The translations under genes and the position numbers were made by a program. Positions 53,299 through 64,000 of a stretch of DNA of 64,000 nt are shown in pieces. The stretch comes from Octopus sinensis. Taxonomy: Eukaryota. A model generated the notes under the pieces. It saw nothing but the letters and a program-made list of their open reading frames with translations. It made no database searches and was not told where the DNA came from. How positions within the stretch are numbered: the first letter of the stretch is position 1; each line of letters starts with the position of its first letter. The stretch spans positions 8,246,001 through 8,310,000 of the forward strand of contig NC_043021.1 in NCBI RefSeq assembly GCF_006345805.1, given 5' to 3'.

Positions 53299-53975
53299 AA
53301 AAAAATTAGTCAATGACATTTTTCAGGACGTCCGAGTTTGGAAGGAAGTGATCTACAAACCGGATACCTATCTAAAAAAAGGCACTCAATGCCCAGGTGA
53401 TTGTATTAATTTGAGTGGCAGATTAAGTGTGCCACCCCAGATCTCAGAACCTATATAGTCGGGTCTCATGAGCAGCCTTCGAATTTTTCTATCCAAAGAT
53501 ATTTTTTTCAACCCGGATATTATATGCTTTTGTTTGTAGCTTTATGTACAGCAAAAACGAATTATTTCACGTTCACTCGAAGTTTAATAAATTCTTATGA
53601 CGTCAACAAATGCAAAGTATTTGACCCGGGACTCAAACAATTCCACTCATCCACAGCACCACTCACCACCATTGAACTGGTGACGCAAATTGTGTAGCAA
53701 TGCTGCTGGCTTCATGATGAAACCAGGATTTATCTACAAGTTCGTGAACCCGAGGGCCTTCAAAAATAAGAATAAAAACCTGTTGGCTGTCCACTGGACG
53801 CACAACCCTGGATTACCAAAAGCTTAACTTTGAATATCGTCATATTTTGACATTTATAGGCATTTTTATGGACCACGTTCAATATTCGTGGGTGCTCTAG
53901 GAACGTAACTGCCGGGGGACTACTGTACACGTATTTATATGAGTATATCTATATACATACTTTTCACATATATTT

Positions 53976-53977
<2 letters not shown>

Positions 53978-54045
<68 letters not shown>

Positions 54046-54049
54046 GGGC

Positions 54050-54137
<88 letters not shown>

Positions 54138-54140
54138 GGG

Positions 54141-54222
<82 letters not shown>
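53978..54222. repeat. (GATA)n microsatellite
   Basis: Direct reading. Confidence 0.95.
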
Positions 54223-54223
<1 letters not shown>

Positions 54224-54787
54224 GTTTCTTTATTGGCCACACAGGGCTGCACACAGATGGGACAAGTTACAAGGTAGAGCCTTTCTTTTGGGGGATGAAA
54301 AAAAACAAGATAGATAGATAGATAACAGGCAGACAGAACCTGCTTTGGTGACCGAGAGAATGTGTGTTTATGTACGTTTAGTCTTCGGCGGATCAATGGT
54401 GCGACAGGTTTTACAAGATTGCATGATATCAAAAGCACTAAAAGTGCTTGGTAAGGAGAGCGGTTTTTTGTTAGACACCCTGCAGGACGAAAAACAAAAC
54501 CTGTCAAAGGGCAGGTGAACTCAATAGAGTCAACGACCGTCGAACAGTTGTAAGTGAGAGGCCTCCTAGTATTTGTTTAGATATCTCTCTAGGAGACTGA
54601 AAACTGATGTAACACCTGCAACCTCGTTTGCATACGATGACATAGGCAAAGCTTTTCTTTTTTTACTTATGCTTATGTTGTTTAGAGAGTGGGATTGGTC
54701 TTATGCGAGGCTTTTCCTCACTTTAAAATGCTTCAGTCACTAGCATGGCTAATCTTTAACATCTCTATCATGTGTTGCTTACTATGG

Positions 54788-55162
54788 GGGGGGGAGCACT
54801 CCGTCGGTTACGACAACGAGGGTTCCGGTTGATCCGATCAACGGAACAGCCTGCTCGTGAAATTAACGTGTAAGTGGCTGAGCACTCCACAGACACGTGC
54901 ACCCTTAACGTAGTTCTCGGGGATATTCAGCGTAACACAGAGTGTGACAAGGCCGGCCCTTTGAAATACAGGTACAACAGAAACAGGAAGTAAGAGTGAG
55001 AGAAAGTTGTGGCGAAAGAGTACAGCAGGGATCACCACCATCCCCTGCCGGAGCCTCGTGGAGCTTTTAGGTGTTTTCGCTCACAACGCCCGGTCTGGGA
55101 ATCGAAACCGCGATCCTACGACCGCGAGTCCGCTGCCCTAACCACTGGGACATTGCGCCTCC
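54788..55162 (-). mobile_element. SINE head C + tail X with 14-bp TSD gttgcttactatgg
   Basis: TSD at 54774-54787 and 55163-55176. Confidence 0.92.
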
Positions 55163-55506
55163 GTTGCTTACTATGGCTGATTGTAGGCTCACAATAAAAA
55201 ATTACATGATGGAATGAAAATATTTGTTAGTGTGAGCGGTAACTCTTTGAACGCCTGCTGCAAGAGGCGCCCATCATTGCCACATCTGTCCAGAAATAAG
55301 AGAATAACTAAGGGACCGGATTGCTCGAAACCGAGTTGAATCCATCGTGTATGTGTAATTGTTAAGTTGATCCGATCAATATATCAAGCTTCCACACATA
55401 AAGATATGGTTGTGATAACATGTTAAAATATCGGTTTCAAATTTTGATACAAGGCCAGCAGGTTCGTGGGAGGGTGTAAGTCGATTACAACGGCAATGGT
55501 TCGAGT

Positions 55507-55879
55507 GTGGAGGCGCAATGGCCCAGTGGTTAGGGCAGCGGACTCGCGGTTTCGATTCCCAGACCGGACGTTGTGAGTGTTTATTGCGCGAAAACACCTA
55601 AAAGCTCCACGAGGCTCCGACAGGGGATGGTGGTGATCCCTGCTGTACTCTTTCACCACAACTTTCTCTCACTCTTACTTCCTGTTTCTGTTGTACCTGA
55701 ATTTCAAGGGGCCGGCCTTGTCACTCTCTGTGTCACGCTGAATATCTCCGAGAACTACGTTAAGGGTGCACGTGTCTGTGGAGTGCTCAGCCACTTACAC
55801 GTTAATTTCACGAGCAGGCTGTTCCGTTGATTCGGATCAACCGGAACCCTCGTCGTCGTAACCGACGGAGTGCTTCCAC
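55507..55879 (+). mobile_element. SINE head C + tail X with 13-bp TSD caatggttcgagt
   Basis: TSD at 55494-55506 and 55880-55892. Confidence 0.92.
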
Positions 55880-55890
55880 CAATGGTTCGA

Positions 55891-56173
55891 GTTGATCCAA
55901 TCAACGGAACAGCTTGCTCGTGAAGTTAATGTGCAGGTGACAGAACACTCCAGAGACACGCGTACCCTTAACGTAGATCTCAGGGAGATTCAGCATGACA
56001 CAGAGTGTGACAAGGCTGGCCCTTTGGAATACAGGTACTACTCATTTTTGCCAGCTGAGTGGACTGGAGCAACATGAAAAAAAAAAGTGACTTGCTCAAG
56101 GACATAACGCATCGCTGGGAATCGAACACACGACCGAGACACGTATAACCTAATCACTAAGCCACGCGCCTTC
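55891..56173 (-). mobile_element. SINE head D + tail X
   Basis: Minus: ggcgcgtggcttagtg..ccactcagctggcaaaaatgagta then gtacctgtattccaaagggccagcc. Confidence 0.8.
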
Positions 56174-56204
56174 ACTGTGTAATTGTATTTCTTTAATTTT
56201 TTTT

Positions 56205-56510
56205 ATTTATGCGCCCTTTTCAAGCCTAGCCAGTCTCATGGGCCCGGTTTCTTGGTTTCTATGACGTATGTGTTCCCCCCCAGCTGGACGGGACGCCAGT
56301 CCATCGCAGCGTTACTCGAGAAACAGGAAGAAAGAGTGAGAGAAAGTTGTGGTGAAAGAGTACAACAGGGGTCGCCACAACCCCCTGCCGGAGCTTCGTG
56401 GAGCTTTAGATGTTTTCACTCAATAAACACACAACGCCCGGTCTGGAAATCGAAACTGCGATTCTCCGACTGCAAGTCCGCTGCCCTAACCACAGGGTCA
56501 TTGCGCCTCC
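56205..56510 (-). mobile_element. SINE head C + tail V, full length
   Basis: Matches 7513-7770 and the tail of 50090-50338. Confidence 0.85.
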
Positions 56511-56542
56511 ACGTGTAATTGTATACCGATGTAATGCTTTGT

Positions 56543-56820
56543 GGTATTTCGTCCGCCGCTGCGTTCTGAGTTCAAATTCCGCCGAGGTCGACTTTGCCTT
56601 TCATCCTTTCGGGGTCGATAAATTAAGCACCAGTTACGCACTGGGGTCGTTGTAATCGACTTAACCGTTCGTCTGTCCTTGTTTGTCCCCCTCTGTGTTT
56701 AGCCCCTTGTGGGTAGTAAAGAAATAGGCATTTCGTCCGTCTTTTGTTCCGAGTTCAAATTCCGCCGAGGTCGACATTGCCTTCCATTCTTTCGGGGGTC
56801 AATATAATGAGTACCAGTTG
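56543..56820 (+). mobile_element. SINE type B body units
   Basis: Match type B unit. Confidence 0.85.
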
Positions 56821-57618
56821 AACACTCAACATTGCTGGCCTTGTGCCGAAATTTAAAACCAATATAAGAAGAGCGCGGAGTGGGTGAAAGGAATCATTAT
56901 TGCGCCGGACAAAATACTGAGCTGGGGAACACGTACGCCATAGAAACCGGGAAACCGAGCTCAAGAGCCTGGCTGGGCTTTAAAAGGGTGCATTTATTCT
57001 ATTTATGAAAAGCAGACGGTCATTACAGTTTATAAAAGTATGTAATTCAGAAATGTTAGACTTGTTCCTCGCAGTTATCAATACGAATAGCTGATTAGAC
57101 ACGAGGTTTACACGCATCCGTTACATAAACTATCGAGTTGATGCATTATCTATTTTTAAGTTACTTAAAGATAAGAATAAATGTGGTTGTAAAGAAACAT
57201 GTAAGTATGCAATGACTGCTTTTATGAGCTGGCTGGCAAGAATTGTAGGAAGCTGCGAGTGCTGATATTTCAGCAACAAACTTATTCACAGAACAACTGA
57301 AAGAAATAAATGACTATAGTTTCACATGCTTCAACGAATTGTTAATGATATAGAAAGACGCCAATTTTGGAGGCGCTCGCCAGCAAGAAATCTCATAGAC
57401 AGAGAAATGATAAATTATTAATGCTAAGATCTTTTTTTTTTTTTTTAGTAGCTAATGATGAATTAGTGTTATTGTTTGGAAGTAATACAAGTGGAGATAA
57501 TGGGATCAGCCGCACGCATGTGAATTGTGTCAACAATCCAAAGTCACTAAAAGACCTTCCCAAAAGTTACACTCTCAGTCGAGAGTGAATATAATATCAT
57601 ATTGTACTTGATGTGTGT

Positions 57619-57658
<40 letters not shown>

Positions 57659-57686
57659 GAGAAAGAAGCAACAAGAATGGATAGGT

Positions 57687-57777
57687 TTTTAGTACAATCG
57701 TTTCATACAAGGACAGGCTTTATTAAAAGTTGTAAAAATTACAGCATATAAACGTGTCCCGTACTCATCAGCTAAAA
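57687..57777 (-). ncRNA. Type-I hammerhead ribozyme motif
   Basis: Reverse-complement copy of 58415-58502 with intact core. Confidence 0.8.
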
Positions 57778-58414
57778 TACATGTGAGTTCTCTAGACATC
57801 CTAGTGGTTGAGGCTATACTCATGAAGTAATGTAGATAATTAAGTAACATAAACAGATTTCCAAAGTTCATTAAAGTTCTTTAAAGATGATGTACAGTCT
57901 TATCACAGAATTTTAAAAAGCTACAGCCTCTTGTAAATAGCAGTAATGTGATTAATGTGGCAAATACCTAATCATATAACAAGAATTGATACCTACCTCA
58001 TTGTGTTCAACCATTGATAAATTTATCGCCTGTGAATATGAAATTCCTCTTCATTTCTCTGGAAACTTACATCTACACCATTGGAAATTGTGCATCTATA
58101 CAAAAGATTAATTCACCCTCTCTGTAATGCTAATAAGCAGGATTGAGACCCACCTCGTTGTGATTAACAATGGATAAATTTGTCTTCTGTGAGTATGTAA
58201 TCCCTCATCATATCTCTGGAAATTCATATGTGCTCTATGGATTAGGTCACCTTCTCTGTGATGCTATTAGAACTTTTTTAAAATTCTGTGATAAGACTGT
58301 ACATCATCTTTAAGAACTTTATGAACTTTGGAAATCTGTTTATGTTACTTAATTATCTACATTACTTCATGAGTATAGCCTCAACCACTAGGATGTCTAG
58401 AGAACTCACATGTA

Positions 58415-58502
58415 TTTTAGCTGATGAGTACGGGACCGTTTATATCTGTAATTTTTGCAACTTTTATAAAGCCTGTCCTTGTATGAAACGATTGTACTAA
58501 AA
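58415..58502 (+). ncRNA. Type-I hammerhead ribozyme motif with long stem II
   Basis: ttttag CTGATGA gtacgggac...gtccttgtat GAAA cgattg TA ctaaaa; 6-bp stem I, GUA site. Confidence 0.82.
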
Positions 58503-58693
58503 ACCTATCCATTCTTGTTGCTTCTTTCTCGCTTATAATCACCCCCACATTACTGTATTGTTAAAACAGTATAGTTTTTTTTGGTGCATCTAAGTTAGGT
58601 ACCATATTCAAGTAAATTCATTTAAATTAACTTGATCTTATTGCTTTTGAATATATATATATATATATCTATATAATAATATATATATATTTA

Positions 58694-58728
<35 letters not shown>

Positions 58729-58767
58729 CATATATATATATATATAGATATATATATATACTATATA

Positions 58768-58836
<69 letters not shown>

Positions 58837-58941
58837 CATATATATATATATAAACATATATATATATATTATATATATCGCAGGAGTAGCTATGTGGTAA
58901 GTAGCTTGCTTACCAACCACAGGAAACTTAAAGAAGCCCGT

Positions 58942-59013
<72 letters not shown>

Positions 59014-59163
59014 CGACTGTATGAGGTTATACACTTGTGTTTAACTCCCAAAAGGCTCTGAAACGGTACTTCCTCGAGAAAAAAGAATTTGATTTTCGAA
59101 ATTTGCGGCCCTAATTGAGGGTCATCTATAAATGATGATGATAAGGATGATGATGATTATAAA

Positions 59164-59595
59164 TTCTTTTATTGGCCACAAGGGCAGGGCTCACATAAAA
59201 TTACTTTAAAGGACATGCAACATAAAAGACAAAAACAGGACGATACAATGAGATTAACAACGTGTAAACAATATAATAACAATTAGAAATTAAACAATTT
59301 AAAACTCCCAATAGGGGAGGCGCTTTAAGGACCACGTGGAAAAAAACCCACAAAAGCCAAGGGTGCCTGAACAACAGGGCAAGAGCCCTTCTCCTTTTGT
59401 TTACAGGTGCACGCTCAGAATTGGTCCTTTCACACTGGTCATTCTTCCAACATTCACCCACCTTTCAACAAACTTGCTACAAGGCAACACTTCCCTCTCC
59501 ATCCTCAACTTCCTTTTAAACTTGAAAAAGTTGATGAGGGTTTGGCCAAAGAGGAAAATGTCTGTCTTTAGCCCTTTCAAACGGGTCCAACATAC
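59164..59595 (-). pseudogene. Tx1/L1-like LINE 3' end (a related 3' terminus lies at 54224-54300)
   Basis: Manual translation WTRLKGLKT..LINFFKFKRKLRMEREVL..FVERWVNV..HL*, then a UTR ending gtggccaataaa. Confidence 0.65.
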
Positions 59596-59706
59596 GACAG
59601 TAATAATAATAATAATATAATCTGCTACGAGAAGTAACTCAAACTTTAGATCGACAAATCTCTATCTGTCACTACCAATCTATTGTATTTTTCTATATAT
59701 ATATAC

Positions 59707-59825
<119 letters not shown>

Positions 59826-59850
59826 TATATTACATATATATATATATTAC

Positions 59851-59880
<30 letters not shown>

Positions 59881-59884
<4 letters not shown>

Positions 59885-60288
59885 GGCTAACCCTTAGGGG
59901 TTAGCCATATTGAAATGGCAAAAATACGTCACGATGTGTTACCGCTACTGTATATAACTCACTTTGATATTTATCATTGTTTGATTTCACTTTTCAATAT
60001 CAGCGACAGTGGACGCTGGAAAAAGTATAAGTATTTTGTGAAGGAAATCTAATTCTCGGCGACAACTATGATTGTCACACGCTGACGAGAGGTCAATACC
60101 TCGAAACTCGAGTCCGTGTGTATCATAAGTTGAAGACGGGAAGGATGACTTCCCTTTGCAAATACTGACAGGACACAGATAGTGTGTCTATGGCCAGCTG
60201 GAGGAGTGTGTCCTCCTGGGGCTAAAAACTACAGTAGCATCCACCCTTAGGGGTTAGCCATATTGAAATGGCAAAAATACGTCACGAT
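59881..60288 (+). mobile_element. Non-autonomous hammerhead-bearing element (retrozyme / Penelope pLTR-like), 353-bp period
   Basis: 46-bp direct repeats 59890-59935 and 60243-60288; 5' palindrome 59881-59910; (TA)n on both sides. Confidence 0.85.
60076..60120 (+). ncRNA. Minimal type-I hammerhead ribozyme, canonical core; predicted cleavage after C60114
   Basis: cacacg CTGACGA gaggt-caat-acctc GAAA ctcgag TC cgtgtg. Confidence 0.92.
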
Positions 60289-60317
60289 ATATATATATAT
60301 ATATATATACATATATC

Positions 60318-60683
60318 GGAGGCGCAATGGCCCAGTGGTTAGGGCAGCGGACTCGCGGTCATAGGATCGCGGTTTCGATTCCCAGACCGGGCGTTGTGAG
60401 TGTTTATTGCGCGAAAACACCTAAAACCTCCACGAGGTTCCGGCAGGGGATGGTGGTGATCCCTGCTGTACTCTTTCACCACAACTTTCTCTCACTCTTA
60501 CTTCCTGTTTCTGTTGTACCTGAATTTCAAAGGGCCGGCCTTGTCACTCTCTGTGTCACGCTGAATATCCCCGAGAACTACGTTAAGGGTACACGTGTCT
60601 GTGGAGTGCTCAGCCACTTACACGTTAATTTCACGAGCAGGCTGTTCCGTTGATTCGGATCAACCGGAACCCTCGTCGTCGTA
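60318..60683 (+). mobile_element. SINE head C + tail X
   Basis: Near-identical to 55507-55860. Confidence 0.9.
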
Positions 60684-60726
60684 GCTTCCACATATATATC
60701 TACCGCTCTCTCTCTCTCTCTCTCCT

Positions 60727-60783
<57 letters not shown>

Positions 60784-60944
60784 ACGCATTGCTTTCGGTT
60801 TATTCTCTTATTCTGTTATTCCTTTACTTGCTTCAGTCATTTGACTGTCCATGCTTATAGTTTTTTTAGTCGAAGAAATCGACACCATGACTTATTCTTT
60901 GTAAGCCTAGTACTTATTCTATCGATCTCCTTTGCCGAACTGTT

Positions 60945-61876
60945 TTAAATTCAGATTAGTTTACGTCTGTTTATCGGCTACTTTCTCATTCTCTTTCATT
61001 TGTGACTTTATTTTTTGCCCCCCATGGCTCCTAAGAAAATTTATAGTGAAAGTGCTAAGCGTCGTGCTATAATGCCGGAAGATAAACTGGCTATGATAAA
61101 ACGCCATGAAGAAGATGAAAAACTGGTAGCAATTGCACGATCTTTTGGGATGAGTTGGGCAACTGTATCGAAGATTATCTCTTCTCTATATATATAAACG
61201 GCAGTTTGTCTGTCTGTGTGTCTGTGTGGCTGTCAGGTTGTACCCTCACCCTGACCACGGCTTTCAACCGATTCTGATGAAACTTGACACACACATAGCC
61301 CAATGTCATAATTCAAAACTAACGCAGCGAAAATTTTGAAAAGTTCCCCCAGTTCTGAAAAAAATCGATAAACTCGACATGGGGTCGAGAATCTAAGCTT
61401 TTTATATGCAACACATTTTCTGTCGGGAGACGGCTAGGAACATCGTATACATAGAAGTATTCGAGTCAAGAGAAGACATTGCAACCTACATATGCGCCTT
61501 CGTTCCCTAGAGGGAAAGAACTAGATTGGGATTAGTCGTTGCCTACTAGGGGCTCTTACATACCCGGGCAACGCCGGGCTATGCTGCTAGTACACAATAA
61601 GGACAAGATTTTAGCACACATCAAATCTGAAGCCCCAGGGATGAAGAACACTGTCATCTATAAGAATAAATTATTTGTTCGTAAGCTTAAAATAGGTTTT
61701 TATTAACCATGTATTATTGAAAATGCATTCATAAACAAAGTACGGAACTGGGAATGGTTATAATCGGTTTAGCCTGGAGACAAGCAAATTCGGCCTAGCC
61801 TAGCCTAGAGACAAATTAATTCAACTTAAGTCGTGTGTCCTGGAACCAATTAACGACGTAGGGTGAGGTGTGCCTG
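60945..61876 (+). mobile_element. Tigger/pogo-like deletion derivative with CENP-B-type HTH N-terminus, interrupted by a Helitron
   Basis: MAPKK..KLAMIKRHE..AIARSFGMSWATVSKI|IHNKDKILAHIK; right end ..gaggtgtgcctg followed by TA. Confidence 0.8.
61178..61590 (+). mobile_element. Non-autonomous Helitron
   Basis: a|TC start, hairpin cccgggcaacgccggg, CTAG|t end, no TSD. Confidence 0.9.
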
Positions 61877-61900
61877 TATATATGCGTGCATACGTATATA

Positions 61901-62823
61901 TTTCTTTATTGCCCGCAAGGGGCTAAACACAGAAAGAACAAACAAGAACAGACAAACGGATTAAGACGATTACATCGACCCAGTGCGTAACTGGTACTTA
62001 TTTAATCGACCCCGGAAGGATGAAAGGCAAAGTCGACCTCGGCGGAATTTGAACTCAGAACATAACAGCAGACGAAATACCGCTAGGCATTGCGCCCGAC
62101 GTGCTAACGTATCTGCCAACTCGCCGCCTTTTTAAAAAACAGATGAAATACCTATTTCTTTACTACCCACAAGGGGCTAAACACAGAGAGAACAATCAAG
62201 GACAGACATAGGTATTAAGTCGATTATATCGACCCCAGTGCGTAACTGGTACTTACTTAATCGACCCCGAAAGGATGAAAGGCAAAGTCGACCTCGGCGG
62301 AATTTGAACTCAGAACGTAGCGGCAGATGAAATACCTATTTCTTTACTACCCACAAGGGGCTAAACACAGAGAGGACAAACAAGGACAGACAAACGGATT
62401 AAGTCGATTATATCGACCCCAGTGAGGTAACTGGTACTTATTTAATCGACCCCGAAAGGATGAATGGCAAAGTCGACCTCGGCGGAATTTGAACTCAGAA
62501 CGTAACGGCAGACGAAATACGGCTACGCATTGCGCCCGACGTGCTAACGTTTCTGCCAACACGCCGCCTTTTTAAAAAACAGACGAAATACTTATTTCTT
62601 TACTACCCACAAGGGGCTAAACACAGAGAGGACAAACAAGGACAGACAAACGGATGAAGTCGATTATATCAACCCCAGTGCGTGACTGGTACTTAATTTA
62701 TCGACCCCGAAAGGATGAAAGGCAAAGTCGACCTCGGCGGAATTTGAACTCAGAACGTAACGGCAGACGAAATACGGCTACGCACTTCGCCCGGCGTGCT
62801 GACGTTTCTACCAGCTCGCCGCC
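61901..62823 (-). mobile_element. Tandem cluster of about four SINE type B units
   Basis: Repeated tttctttactacccacaaggggctaaacacagag..gacgaaatac. Confidence 0.9.
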
Positions 62824-63347
62824 CTCATATATATATATGAGGATGGTGTATATACATATGCGTGCATACGTATATACACTCCTGTACTCCTACATACTTA
62901 CATAATGTACATATGTAGGTCTCATGTAGATCATATGACTATTTTTCATTTCACGTGCTTAAAGTGGGAGGCAGATTGTTCACTGTTAACGTCATCCGCC
63001 ATATTGAGTTGCTTACTGGACTCAGTACAGATCAATTCGGAATGTTTCAATGATGCTAACGGAAGGAAATATATATCTGCATGGAAAACCACTTGAGACC
63101 TACATTCTCTCCCTTTCCGAAATCCACTGAACTATATTTGTGCGCTCTCAAAGCTTTCATTGTCCTCCCAAAAAATACTTAAATTTAAGCTGTTGGACTG
63201 ATTTCTCCTCACTTCCGTTTTGTTCATCAAATATACTATCTTTTTACGTAACTGCTACTACTTATAGCTCTCGGAGTGGAATCCTGTCCTTGGCCTCCCA
63301 GTCTACTAGAAAAAAAGCTGTCAAATTTCAAACGACACATTAACCTG

Positions 63348-63607
63348 CCATCATCATCATCATCATCATCGTCGTCGTCGCGTCGTCGTCGTCGTCGTCA
63401 TCATCATCATCATCATCATCATCGTGTCGCCGTCGTCGTCGTCGTCGTCATCATCATCATCATCATCATCATCGTCGTCGTCGTCGTCGTCGTCGTCGTC
63501 ATCATCATCATCGTCATGTCATCGTCGTCATCGTCATCATCATCATCATCATCGTCGTCGTCGTCGTCGTCGTCTATTCATCATCATCGTCATCGTCATC
63601 GTCGTCG

Positions 63608-63642
<35 letters not shown>

Positions 63643-63700
63643 GTCGTCGTCGTCGTCGTCGTCGTCGTCATCGTCATCGTCATCGTCGTCATCGTCATCG

Positions 63701-63745
<45 letters not shown>

Positions 63746-64000
63746 CCACCGTCGTCGTCGTCGTCGTCATCGTTTAACGTCCATATTCCATCCATGCATG
63801 GGTAGGACGGTTAACAGGAGCCGGCCACGTAGAAAAACTACCCTAGGCTACTGCGTCTGTTTTGGCAGGAATTTTACGGCTGGATGCCCTTCCTAACACC
63901 AACCGCTCTGCAGAGTGGTCTCACTTTTTACGTGGCACTAGCACAGGTGAGGTTAGTTTTGGCATGATTTTTACAGTTGGATGCTCTTCCAAACGTCATG
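63348..64000 (-). mobile_element. RTE 3' end whose (GAT)n tail is expanded to ~420 bp of (CAT/CGT)n
   Basis: catcgtttaacgtcc..gcatgggtaggacgg..ggatgcccttcctaac directly abuts the triplet tract. Confidence 0.85.

Larger units (their letters stand above)
57658..58531. mobile_element. Foldback element with ~260-bp inverted arms, each carrying a hammerhead; probably Penelope-like inverted pLTRs
   Basis: 57658-57920 is the near-perfect reverse complement of 58273-58531; left end abuts (TA)n. Confidence 0.85.

Noticed and set aside
54420-54650. RT-like (SYANEV) and GIY-YIG-linker-like (CPLTG..CLTKN) fragments on the minus strand
   Set aside because: Too short and degenerate to call without a profile search
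60318-60390. tRNA genes at SINE heads
   Set aside because: A/B boxes present but no closed acceptor stem; contiguous with multicopy SINE bodies
61274-61286. ctgatgaaac as a hammerhead core
   Set aside because: No stem II or stem I; the same motif occurs near the 5' end of the other Helitron (18200-18210)
63276-63896. 206-aa S/R/H/V/I-rich ORF
   Set aside because: Expanded RTE tail microsatellite

Overview
Eukaryotic, AT-rich, repeat-saturated animal DNA with one 100-N scaffold gap (38963-39062). The repeat complement (tRNA-derived SINEs with internal TA/TG tracts, RTE LINEs with (GAT)n tails, very long microsatellites) suggests an octopus/coleoid cephalopod; this is my inference, not a search result. 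Almost all supplied ORFs are microsatellite or repeat translations. Identifiable content: four SINE types; RTE, CR1-like, Tx1/L1-like and R4/Dong-like LINE relics; Penelope-like (GIY-YIG) relics; a mariner pseudogene; a Tigger/pogo relic; three non-autonomous Helitrons; TTAA-flanked and TA-flanked MITEs; and an A-tailed copy of the 3' end of 18S rRNA. Highlights not visible in the ORF track: (1) eight type-I hammerhead ribozyme motifs in small elements, most abutting (TA)n tracts, including a 353-bp retrozyme-like unit and an 874-bp foldback with one hammerhead per arm; (2) the candidate 5' part of a minus-strand gene (two UTR exons plus coding micro-exons giving MLPCRK-VYHWCYKKRCRCLPTLYQ) whose extent roughly matches a CpG-depleted zone; (3) a MITE amplified into a 169-bp tandem array through an internal TTAA; (4) a complete 2x2 head/tail shuffle of SINE modules. 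All coordinates and pairings were read by eye; nothing was computed or searched.
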